DNA of 64,000 bases from Plasmodiophora brassicae. Taxonomy: Eukaryota. Of this stretch, positions 12,839 through 23,571 are shown piece by piece. Numbering within the stretch: the first letter of the stretch is position 1; every line of letters starts with the position of its first letter. The stretch is from NCBI GenBank assembly GCA_036867785.1, contig CP145424.1, positions 620,001-684,000 on the forward strand. Reading direction: 5' to 3'. Below the pieces are notes generated by a model that was not told the origin of the DNA, searched no databases, and worked only from the letters and a program-made list of their open reading frames with translations. The translations under genes were made by a program, and so were the position numbers.

Positions 12839-13126
12839 TGCGTTTGTCAAATGACAGTGTTGTGTTACGGGACGCGGGTGAGACTCGCCCCGCCTCCAGT
12901 TCCACGCAGGCCTGTCTCTAGGGGGCGATTTCCCCTGACGCCGCAACCCCTCTCACGTTACGAACCGAACCGGGGCTTGTACCACGGTTTGTATCTCGGA
13001 AGACACTGTTACGGGACGTGGGGTGACCACGCCCGGCCGCGATCGATCCCTGCCAACGCATTTCCCATCGACGGGTTCAGCACTTCGACGCCACAGTAAC
13101 GGTGGGTTTGGAATATGCACGGGCAG

Positions 13127-14307
13127 TCATTCGTCTCGAACTCGAGTTCGTGTTCGTTGGACAGCAACAGCGCCTGAGAGGCCAGCGAGGCCAACCAACA
13201 TCGCACGGCCAAGTACGACCACCAGCTGTCTGGCAATCGTACCGCTAATGCTTAGGCCAACCGCCGCTGAGGCCGTCGCAAGCAACGTCTTGACATGCGT
13301 TAGGAAGGGTCGGACGCATGTTGCAGTAACAGATGACAGACCTGGGACGCGTCTTTGGTGACGAATGAGACGACCCGATTCCAATACGGGTTGTCCTCGG
13401 GCAGCCATGCGTCTCCTACGCTACGAAGCCCAACCATGCTTATGAATCCTGCGACCACCATCGAAACCGCCTTCCGAGAAACAGCTTGGGCGCGAACACC
13501 AGCGACAGCGATCCCAGGAATAATGCCCGCGAGTAAAGAAAACCTACTGGCATCATTATCACAACGCCCAGCACATAACCGATACGCAAGTCACTTCGAG
13601 GACGATTTTGAGTGAACAGCAACGTTATCAGACTTGTTACACCGCCTGTCAACGGACGACTGGAACATTTGCGTTGTGTCATGGATTGAAGTGCCCAAGA
13701 ACATTCCAGACAGTTCAGTACTACAAAGAGCAAACATGAATACACTGGTAATGCTAGAACGTTTGACAGGTGCCCACCTTCTCTTGAAGACGGATTGCGA
13801 AATCTGTGGGTAGATAAGTACTGCGAGGACAGCGCTTACGATGATGGCTGGCAGGTCGAAATGCGAAATATCAAATGAGGGCGATGTCATTGCAGGTACG
13901 AGGGCAGCAGATGCGGTGATAACAGCCATCGATGTACCAATGCTGGTCGTCAGCGGGAACGCTTTCGGTACCATGCGATGGAACTTCATAGCCGCGCAAT
14001 AGAAGACAGCGGGGAAGGCGACACCTGAAACGACGCTCTGGATTGTCAGATCGTCTAACAGCTCACCAGCGGACAGATTCGCCCCCAGGCACACCGTCCC
14101 CAGTCGCAACAGGTGCGACGACGAGAACGTCACGCCGGATCGGGTGCCCCACCCGGCCAGCAACCCGGTCTGGCGCACCGCGAACCCGGACGCGATCGCC
14201 AGCGGCACCGGCGTGATCCCCCCGGCCAGCAGGACGCACGCCTGGCCCAACCCGGCCGACACGGCCACCCCGGGCACCAATCGCCAAACCCGACCCACCA
14301 ACGGCAT
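13127..14307 (-). CDS. YeiH/UPF0324 (putative sulfate exporter) family multi-pass membrane protein, divergent; probably one intron
   Basis: PGVAV...PLAIASG, GVTFSSSHLLRLGTVCLGANLS, GTSM...SA, GMFLGTSIHDTTQ, and C-terminal LLATASAAVGLS...GRAMLVG. Confidence 0.65.
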
Positions 14308-14550
14308 TTGGCGTTTGGCGCAGCTGCATCGCTGTGCCGCAACGTAACGTCGCCACTGCACCTCGGCACTGGTCGACAATGTTCCTAGCCGCTTTTACTA
14401 TATTCGTTATTGGCATATGCACAGCACGGATAGGATGTGAGCTGCGGCGGGATCGCCGTGACCGCGAGCAGACGTCCGCGGTACAGCGTGGCGTGCGGCG
14501 CTGACGCCGCGAGCTGTTGCGATATATATCATGGTGGGCTACCCCGCGGT

Positions 14551-15819
14551 ATGGACGTGTGTGTGTGTTCGACTGGTGACGGCCGTCTGCTAGGATACCT
14601 CGGCACAGTTCTCGTCGCGGCACGCGGCGCATCTGTCCGACCTCGCGTACGACTTCTATGGGCAGCGGATCGCCACGTGCAGTGCCGACCACCTGATCAA
14701 GGTCCTCATTTCTGGCGTTGTCCAAACGGACGTCATTATTCACAGAGCGACAGGTATGGGGGAAATCTGCTCCAGGTCAGCAGTGGACGGTGCGGTCGAC
14801 TATAGAGGTTCGTGCTCGAACCCGTGCTCTGTATGTCTGGGTTGTAAGATTCAGTTCGTTCAGGGCCGCAATACGTTCAATAGGATCACCTGGGCGCATC
14901 CTGAATTCGGGCAGATCCTAGCGGCATGCTCATCTGACTACAACGTCGTGATCTACGAAGAAATCGGTACAATGCTTGGTCGTGCGGTTGCTGCAATGTA
15001 GTGATCGTCTGCGATCAGTGGAAGGTAATGAGGAAGAATCGCAATGGATAGAACGGGCGCGTCTCGTGGATAGCCATGGCGAAGTGCAAGCGCTTGAGTT
15101 TGGCCCTAGGTATGCTATGTAGGAGGATTGCGGACGACTATTATGAACAGGATCGTTTCTGTTAGACATCTCGGATTGCAGTTGGCGACGTTAGGCGAGG
15201 ACGGCATCTGTCGCATCTATGAAGCGGTTCGACGACGGAAACGTTCCGATGACCCTAGATTTACTGTGGTGGTGGTTGTTAGGTTGACATGATGCAGATG
15301 TCGTTGTGGCCAATCCGTGACGAGTTCAATGTGAGCAGCAAAGGCTCCGGACCATCGTCGACATCATCCTTGTCCTGGAACACGTCCCAGTTCCAACAGC
15401 CACAAATCGTTATCGGTTGTCTTGACCTGGCCCAGGTAACCTTGTTGTTGAACGTTACGAACGTCTTCGTAAAGTGCTCGCAGATATGGCAGTACTCGAG
15501 TGAGCATCGTCGATGGCTGCAAATTTGCGAATTATCGTCTGGAGGGTCGTCAGCAATCACTGACGTCTCATGGGCGCCAAGCCTGGCGCGGTCATTCGAC
15601 CTGATCGCCGTTTCATTCACCGGATCCGACACGACGATCTACGAGGTGAAATCGCCAGCGCACGTGACCCAGACGTGGACGATCCCAGCCCAGTGCTGTC
15701 GACTGTCATGGAACCTGACGGGAACGTCACTTGCGACATCGTCTTCAGATGGAACCGTACAAATCTGGCATAAGTCGGCGGATGGCAAGTGGGTCTGCTC
15801 GCAAACTGTCGACTATTAG
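14551..15819 (+). CDS. SEH1: Nucleoporin/GATOR2 WD40 subunit SEH1 (multi-exon)
   Basis: HLSDLAYDFYGQRIATCSADHLIK, ITWAHPEFGQILAACSSD, ITDVSWAPSLARSFDLIA, RLSWNLTGTSLATSSSDGTVQIW. Confidence 0.88.
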
Positions 15820-15866
15820 CTGGACTGGTTCGACAATAAATACATACATTAGTCTGCATGGATCCC

Positions 15867-17244
15867 CTAATCGTCATCGTCGTCCACCATTGCGATTCCT
15901 GTCAGCGCCATTCTGATATCCCGAAGCGACAGCTTCTCCAGAACTTCGTACAGACAGAGGATGATCTCGCAAATCAGCAGAGCGATGATGGCCCATTCCA
16001 GCGAATCACTTTTCTGGGAGTGCATCACTTCGAGGAAGAACTTCGTGTTCTGTTCCACGAGCTGCAGCTTGAAATCTACAGCGGCGAATCGTTCGCTGAT
16101 CTCAAACTCTACCAACCGGTCACACCATGGTCCACCCGGATGACCACAGGTCAGCGTTACCTTCTCGCAGCTTCACCCACAGTATTTGGGCTTGACCACC
16201 ATACCGCCAGGCGATCTCGGATCGGTCGAGGATCTTGAGCGTCGACACGACGTCCGTCAAGATCGAATTGTTTGACGCGATCAGCTTGAACAAGTTCTCC
16301 TTATTCTCCAGGTGAAAATCGCCTTTCTGTTGGGCCCGTGTCAGGTGTCCAGCATTTGAAGACGACGCAAAGATCGGTGCGCCGCACCCTTTCGATGTTC
16401 GCATTCATAGACCGAAACACTTCAAGCATTGTCGCCACGCGCGCCTCGGCATGCTCCAAAGCAACCGTCTGGGCAAGCGTTTGACTGATGACCTATCTGT
16501 CGATAAGAACAACGGTAGTGGGAACGTTCCAGGCAGTCTGACCTTGAACGTGTTTGGAGTCAGCGCGTCCAGCAGAATAGAATCCGAAGTAACGTCGCAG
16601 AAGTCAGCTGGACACCCCCGCTGGAGCAGCAGCGCGTAATCTGCAGATTGACCAATGAGCCAAAGAGCGGATGGAGATGTGCAGCCACGTGTACCTTCAG
16701 AATGTAGAACCGTTGCTGGAGGATGCTCTGGTTCAACGCGAACCGTGTCCAGGAACGCAGTCTGCTTCTCATCCGACACTACGAGATCAAGTCAGAACCT
16801 GACGACTGTAGCAGCCATGAAAACAACGCAACCATTGTACAGGACGGCAGCGCCATATCGATACAGGACAGCATACGACAAGAGCGGATTCAGGACCGTG
16901 TCCTTAGCCGTTTGTTAGCGCGCACAGTTGACACACTAGATTCCAACGTACGGGTTGTGGTACTGAAAATACACTCGGATCTCCACCGTTAATCTGTACG
17001 ATTGCAATGTTCGTCTGCATCGTCACCAGACTGGACGGGAACGCCGTCCTGGCAATATGCGACAGGTCGAGCTTCTGCCTGGGCAACGCAGATTCACCGA
17101 TCCATGAGGCAAACCCCCCTACCAAGGTCCAACATACGGCAACATCATGGCCCGTATCCGCATGCGAGCATCGCCTACGATCGGTGCCGTAGCAGCCGCC
17201 GCTGCGCCAGACAACGGTCTAGCGAAGGACCGGAACGCTCGCAT
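15867..17244 (-). CDS. RMND1/Sif2/Rmd1 (DUF155) family protein, possibly mitochondrial (multi-exon)
   Basis: LKILDRSEIAW and EFEISERFAAVDFKLQLVEQNTKFFLEVMHSQKSDSLEWAIIALL; Arg/Ala-rich N-terminus MRAFRSFARPLS. Confidence 0.8.
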
Positions 17245-17386
17245 GGGCCCACTGTCTGCAGCCTCGCGGACTGCGGGTCCCCGCGTTCTACGCCTGCACG
17301 GCAAACCACCACGGCGTGCACGTTCTGCAGAACGTGAACACTGAAAACTGGGACGTCAACTCGCGCTCACTTTACTTCCTTTTCGG

Positions 17387-17758
17387 TCAGATGACGAAGA
17401 CGGCGACGACGACTAGAGCAATGGCGGTTGGCAAGACGGCCTTGTGGACATCCGGATAGGCGTTCACGCTTGCGGTGGGCGAGCCGCGCGAAGCCGGTGC
17501 GGGTTCGGTCTTCATGGCGCCTGGGTACCCGGGTGCTTTGCTCGGTGTCGGGCATTCAGAGGTCGGCGGCGCGGGCGCTTGGTATACTGGAGCGGGCGCC
17601 TTGCTTGCCATGGTGGTTGGGGCGTATGTTGGTGCCGGCGGGATATACGAAGAACCGGCTGCAGTGTCCGATAGCGGTTGCTGTGGCTGGTCGAAATTGC
17701 CGCCCAGTGCGACGCCGAAGATGGCGATCGTCAGGATGGTGACAATGGAGAACGACAT
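17387..17758 (-). CDS. Small Pro/Ala-rich secreted or GPI-anchored surface protein
   Basis: Signal peptide MSFSIVTILTIAIFGVALG, P/A/T-rich body and hydrophobic C-terminus AIALVVVAVFVI. Confidence 0.65.
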   Translation of the reverse strand: MSFSIVTILTIAIFGVALGGNFDQPQQPLSDTAAGSSYIPPAPTYAPTTMASKAPAPVYQAPAPPTSECPTPSKAPGYPGAMKTEPAPASRGSPTASVNAYPDVHKAVLPTAIALVVVAVFVI

Positions 17759-18092
17759 CAGGGCGCTGAAGCTTGAAGGCACCACGCGGCTTGTGCGACT
17801 TGCGCTTGTTTGTGTAATGCCGGGAACCGATCCGGCCAAACTTGTTGGAACTGGCAACCACCGTGACGCACGAATGGTGACTCATGCATCGGATGGATAA
17901 CGTGTATCGTTTCCAACTACTGTTGCGCCGCCGGAAACACTGGCCTCCATGTCCACATCCGGCAGGGAGTCCATATCAGGTCACAAACGTGAATCAACTC
18001 TGCACCTGGTAGCTTGCCAGTTTCCTACCCAAGCCTCTCTACTTTCGGACGACGAAGGGAAACGCGTTGAGTGTACTCACTGCACGTCGCAG

Positions 18093-18810
18093 TCATTGCG
18101 TCTTGTCGTGAGAGAACCTCGTGCTGTAGGCGTTCCTGGCGTATTTGGCGGCGGCAGGGACGGCGGATTTCAGCCAGCGAAGAGCCACCCGATTGTTCAG
18201 GCCCAGCATCTCCATCACGAGCACGTCTTTCCAGCTGAATACACCCGATAACTGTGAATCGATCAGTGAACCCCGGCATCACGATCCGGTTGCTTTGCGG
18301 TACCAGAGCCATTTCCGCTGCGAACATCATCGCCTGCGCCGCCACTTTGTCTTTGGGCAGTTGATCGGTGGCACGGGAGATAATGCTATCGAGGCCTTCG
18401 TTTGAGGCCTGCATGTCGTCGGACAGACTCTGGATAGACTTTTCGCCATCGTTTACCGGATTCTCTTGTGTCTGCTTGACGTACTTGTCCAGGAAGACGC
18501 GGAATCGATACGACCCGTACATCAAGGCCAACTTGCGGGGACCAACCATGGGTGTTACTGCAAGCAAAGCGGCGTTGGTGGCTAGGGATTTGCGCTGCTT
18601 GTCCGACATCCCGTTAAGATGATCCATAGCGGCCCCATAGGCAGCTCCCAGGTGCTTGCCCGCATCGGCCTTCTTGTTCGGCGCAAGCCCATCCTCGATC
18701 GTCTGCGACTGCACCGCATCCTGTTCGACCGCCACATTCGGAAGTTCCTCGGTTGTGACGGCGCCGATGACCGCAATGCAGAGCGCGACGGTGACAACGA
18801 CAGCCTGCAT
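18093..18810 (-). CDS. Secreted protein of unknown function (one predicted intron)
   Basis: Signal peptide MQAVVVTVALCIAVIGAVT. A GT-AG intron (gtaccg...cacag) gives an open last exon LSGVFSWKDVLVMEMLG...HDKTQ*. Confidence 0.55.
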
Positions 18811-19165
18811 TCGCCACGCGACCATCGGCACCTGACCGAAACCTGAACTTTCGAAATGATAAACACCTCTACGTCACCACGGGGGCCGTAAGCCCGTAGC
18901 GCGCCCGGCGAACCGGCGAGCCCGTCCGACACTGCAGCGCCAAGTGCCAACGTCCAACTGACCTACATAACATACGTCCTACTCTGTACTTCAGAACATG
19001 CCGCCGGGGCTACTTTTGGACTCCTCTCGTGAGTCGAGAAAATGAGTCATCTTCATCAATCGTCCGAAACAAAACAATCATCCCGATCGGCGTCATCGCC
19101 GATTTTTGCCGCTCTACAGTACGGTAGTTCCTTCATCGGAGCTGATCGCAACTCCGTCCGCGTCG

Positions 19166-20452
19166 ATGCGGCATCTGCTCTGCCGGGTCGCACCCGGTTC
19201 TTGGAAGTCGGCTTGGCTAGTCGGGCCTCATCACCGTAGGTTTGCGTCCGCGAAACGTAGGACGAGGGTGGCGGCCAAGAGCAAACCTTCCGATCTGGTG
19301 CATGTTTCACCTGAGTTGCCAACACGTGACGACTGTACTTGGACCGGGCAAACGACGATTGGGTCGGCGTTGCTTCATGCACATGCGTTAGTGATCCCGG
19401 GCTCCGCCGGTCAGGATTACTGCGACGTCGTGTTGGACTTAGCTGGGCATGTCGAAGACAGCCAGCGACGTGCCAAGTTCGCATCATCCGGTATATTCCC
19501 GCCCAGCTTTGTCCCTGACGATTCCTACTGGAACGATGTTGCGTCGCACATTCGTACGCGATTCGGCAAGGTGGCATGGTTTGCTGTCTACGATGGGCAT
19601 GGGACCCACAAGATTGCTCGCCTCGCAGCGCACTACACGCCATACGTCCTGGCGAAATCCATTGCCGAGCACCACGATACTGATCTGCCCGTCATCTTGA
19701 ACAGTCTACCCCGCGAGGTCCACCATATCATCAAGCGACAGGCTATCGAGGGTCATGGGGTGGACGTCCGTGATGCAGGCGGAACGACTGCTACAATGGC
19801 CGTAGTCACTGATCGTCACGTTCACATCGCGGCCATTGGCGATAGCCTCGGCCTGATTCACACGTCAACGGGATACGTTTCCTCGGTACCTCAAAGTATG
19901 GACACGCTGCCGTTGGACGTTGAGGAGGAGTTCAACAAGGCGAACATGCTGTATGGTGATCTGGCCGGGTGTTCATCGTACGAGCGTAAAGCGACTGCAG
20001 GACGAGATAATCGTGTTGGGATCACGGGTCTGAGGATGTACGGGTCCATTGGCGATTATCACTGTGATATGGACGTTGTCAACGCAATGGTGAAGTACCA
20101 CAAGGGGGATTTCGACCCAAACGATCCCGATGTTAAGATGCTGTGCTCGCTGACAAAGGATCATCGAGCGATCTGGCGGGTGTTCGTGCCTTTCCCGGGA
20201 CCATTTCGCTTAATGACATCAGATCCGTTCCGTCGAGAACCGGACTCGAGCGTATCGGCGCCGGTTGACGGCACCCTGAGTTTCATATTGGCAACGGACG
20301 GCGTGCCATTATGGAAATCGGTCCACCTCGTGGAATCTGCTGACCCGTCCGAGAAGGTTGCAAGCTTGAGGCACCTGACCAGAGGGTCGGTCGACGATGC
20401 CGCCCTCGTCTACGTGGAGTTGAAGCCACAAACTAATCGCAGTGAGCAATGA
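19166..20452 (+). CDS. PP2C/PPM-type phosphatase-like protein, copy 1 (intronless, transit-peptide-like N-terminus)
   Basis: FAVYDGHG, GGTTATMAVV, IAAIGDS, GSIGD, FILATDG, SVDDAALVYV. Confidence 0.8.
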   Translation: MRHLLCRVAPGSWKSAWLVGPHHRRFASAKRRTRVAAKSKPSDLVHVSPELPTRDDCTWTGQTTIGSALLHAHALVIPGSAGQDYCDVVLDLAGHVEDSQRRAKFASSGIFPPSFVPDDSYWNDVASHIRTRFGKVAWFAVYDGHGTHKIARLAAHYTPYVLAKSIAEHHDTDLPVILNSLPREVHHIIKRQAIEGHGVDVRDAGGTTATMAVVTDRHVHIAAIGDSLGLIHTSTGYVSSVPQSMDTLPLDVEEEFNKANMLYGDLAGCSSYERKATAGRDNRVGITGLRMYGSIGDYHCDMDVVNAMVKYHKGDFDPNDPDVKMLCSLTKDHRAIWRVFVPFPGPFRLMTSDPFRREPDSSVSAPVDGTLSFILATDGVPLWKSVHLVESADPSEKVASLRHLTRGSVDDAALVYVELKPQTNRSEQ

Positions 20453-20650
20453 TGACCTAAACCCGATAAATCGCCAGGTTATGCACGATCACCGTTGTGA
20501 ACGTAACGGCGAGTTTCGCGACGACGACGACGTCTGCGACGCTGGGCTGACCAGCCGCGCGCTTCAAGCGATTGGTGTGTTCGGGAATGAAGAACTCGAT
20601 GGTATTGTGTTAGCGATTTGGTTCCTCGCTCGAAATGCCGGTGCGATAGT

Positions 20651-21213
20651 TCATGATACGAGGAACTCCTTGACAGCTTCAGCTACGCGGGCGGCGTCGA
20701 CTGAGAACGACGTATCCTCGGAGCCTCCGCCAATGATGGCACGGTACCGAATCCCAAGACGATGGGCCGATATGGCGAAGCACTCGTTGACGGCATGCGG
20801 GCCGTGGTTCGTCCATCCATTCCCGTGCGGCGGATGCAATTCGTCAATGGCGGTTCCCGGGTTCATGAACAGATGTGCAATGGGTTGTACTCAACAATGG
20901 CGCCCGTGTCCGCATCGACCCGAGGGCGGACGGGCGCCCCGACACCGGTCAGCGATATCGGCGGCGAACTCCTGATGTATTCGGCAGCGGGGAAGCCGAT
21001 CGGCGTCGCCTGTTGCCAAGGGCACCCGCCTGCCGACGCACCACGTCGCCTGCTCGACCAGTCCAGCCGGACGACATCGGGCGCAGGTGTCGCGCCAGGT
21101 ACGTGAGGTGGCACCTGTCGCAGGACGATGACATTGCAGACCAGAACGAACCCGACAGCGAGCGACTCGCCAAGCATTGACGGACGCGTTGAAGCCCTCT
21201 GCAGCGCGGACAC
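20651..21213 (-). pseudogene. Probable internally deleted/frameshifted GT61 (DUF563)-like glycosyltransferase
   Basis: N-terminal TM (LAVGFVLVCNVIVL) and stem, then a frame change at ~20866 into LFMNPGTAIDELHP...FAISAHRLGIRY...FSVD...VKEFL, which resembles the GT61 C-terminus. Confidence 0.4.
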
Positions 21214-21295
21214 CTACCCAGCAAAGAAGGGCTTGGTCCTTAAAGACCAGGTGTTCAAACGTAAACGAAGCGGTAGGCTACCGGTAGGAGGTAGT

Positions 21296-22288
21296 TTACC
21301 CAAAAGCGTATTCCGGTCGTAGTCGGCATCGAAGTGGGGCTTCCCGACCCCTCATCTCCTTGGCGCCGTTCCTGTAGTACAGGCTGTCCTGGTTGTGTCC
21401 CTCGGACAGGACGTTGCCGACAAAGTCAGCGTGATATGAACGAGGCAGCGGGAACGGACGCGAAGGGCCATAGGCATTGCACAGGAACGAGTCGTGAAGT
21501 AGGATGCGATCCTTGATAACAGGGTATACGTCTTGCGCTAACCAGGCCTGGTCGGTCTGCTTCCCGATGTTCTTCGAGGTTGCGTACTGAGCGATTCTGG
21601 CGATCGGGTCGGGGAACACCTCCCGGAAACTGCTGGAATGCGCTCCGAACATGCCGCCGAGGATCGGCACTGTATGCTCGTAGTGACTGTTGTTACGGGT
21701 TAGCGAGCACTTCCAGTGAGGATAACCACGTCAGTGCCGTTACTCGTGCATGGCGTGAAATGGGTACTGGTCCAGGACCTGCAACCATTCGCTAATGGCA
21801 GCCATCTCCCGGATGGAGACGCGCGAGTCCACGTCCCGGAAGAGGGCAAGGCCGACGGATTCATCAGCGAGGGCCGCGTATCGCCACATGCGCCTTGCTT
21901 CGTCCCAGTTCATCCACGAGTCTGGAACGACGACGACTTCGGCTCCAGCGTCGTGCAGACGCTGCCGAGTGCCGCCGTCGACTGTGTTGTCGATGTAGAA
22001 CCGGGCGCGCCACCCGCGGAACAACTTCGGGATCATGATGGCGTTCAGCGCAGCGCCCTCGACGATCATCGGCACGGATCCGTACAGGACGAACGCGAAG
22101 ACGTTGACCAATGGTCGTCTTGTCGTGTTCGTTGGGACCGACGAATCAGAAAGCGTGATGACAGGTGACGATGTCACGACTGTTGGACGGTGCAAGAGTT
22201 CGGTGTGTATCTGCCCCGACAGAAACGCCATGCAGGTCAAGATCAAGACGACAACGACCTCGGTCACCTTGGACCGCCGCACCGCCAT
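21296..22288 (-). CDS. Type II membrane glycosyltransferase-like protein (uncharacterised GT-A-like family), one intron
   Basis: N-terminal anchor VVVVLILTCMAFLSG; FAFVLYG, WRARFYID, MWRYAAL, FRDVDSR (DxD), PILGGMFG, TDQAWL...VYP, HDSFLC. Confidence 0.65.
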
Positions 22289-22699
22289 CGGAACAGTCAC
22301 ACAAGTTGGGCCACTCGTCCTTCTCTTGTCCTCGCCCCTTTCGGCCGCACCATGAACACGGCATTGATGAAGTCGTTAGGCGAGACGTCCGATTACAACG
22401 TAAGCTGCAGAAGTCGACATGACAGAGCCATCGTACGCCGGAGGTGCCCAACTGGTGGGCGATGGCTTCAAACGAGCCGTTCAAAGACAAGGTGCGTTCG
22501 TGACATCGCTTAGGGACAACTGGGTGATTGCTGACTGGGGAGTTGGCCGCGCCGTTCGCCCTGGCCGAAAGGTTGGGTTTCGACGTCTACTTTCTCGGTC
22601 GACTCAGCAATTTCAGACATTGTTCGAACTATGTTCATGACCCTATGCATGCAGTATGCGCGTTGTTCGCCCACTGTTTCTGGTACTAAGGAACACGAG

Positions 22700-23300
22700 T
22701 AGTGGGCATCATGCTGCCTCCTTTGATTGTCTTCAAGGGGAAGGAGACTGGCCGGATAGCGCGAACTCTGGGTGAAAGTCCTTCGTCAAGCAAGTACGCT
22801 TGCCAGGAACGCGCCTGGATGGACTCCCGAGTGATGGCCCAGTGGGTGGAGCAGGTACTCGCACCGTGCGTGGCCTCCACGCCGCCGTATTTCGCCCTTT
22901 GCTACTCCCCCTTCACTCGGGAGTCCATCCAGGCGCGTTCTTGGCAAGCGTACTTGCTTGACGAAGGACTTTCACCCAGAGTTCGCGCTATCCGGTCAGT
23001 TTCCTTCCCCTTGAAGACGATCAAAGGGGATGCCCGAGCTGGTAATCGTCACGGCGACCGTTACTCGCATTGTGAACGACGACGATGACCTGACACTCAC
23101 CGTGCGAACCGCTTTCTGAACCATTGATGTCAGCAGGCTCAAACAGCAGTCGCCAGAGGTAGTTTACCCGGTTAGTTGTGGTTCTCGGTGCCATAAAGAA
23201 GAAGATCGGTGTTTGGTCCATGTCCAGGATACGCTCCTCCACCGATCTATACCGATTAATGGCGGCGAGGACATCGGCCTTCAGCAAGAGCGTTGACGGC
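22700..23300. mobile_element. Degenerate pogo/Tc1-mariner DDE transposase fragments in head-to-head arrangement
   Basis: MLPPLIVFKG...YACQERAWMDSRVMAQWVEQVL on +; ILDMDQTPIFF on -; 115-bp inverted repeat 22720-22834 / 22913-23027. Confidence 0.75.
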
Positions 23301-23571
23301 CTCAACCTGGGATGCCTGCAGCTGATGACGTTTCGTGCGGGGACGGCGCCGATCGCGTTGCCGTGCCATGGCGAAGGCGTGCGAATCACCGGTCGGAGGG
23401 CCGGCTCGAGCGACAGCCCGAGGGTTCCTAATCCGCGAGACCGCGACGCACTCCATGGGGTTGGGCGGCCCACGCTCGGCTATGAATACCTACGGGTGTT
23501 GTTTACAAACCTAAACCAATCCGATCCGGCCCCAGCACCAGTTTGCCCTGAGCAAATTCATTGAACCGCTT

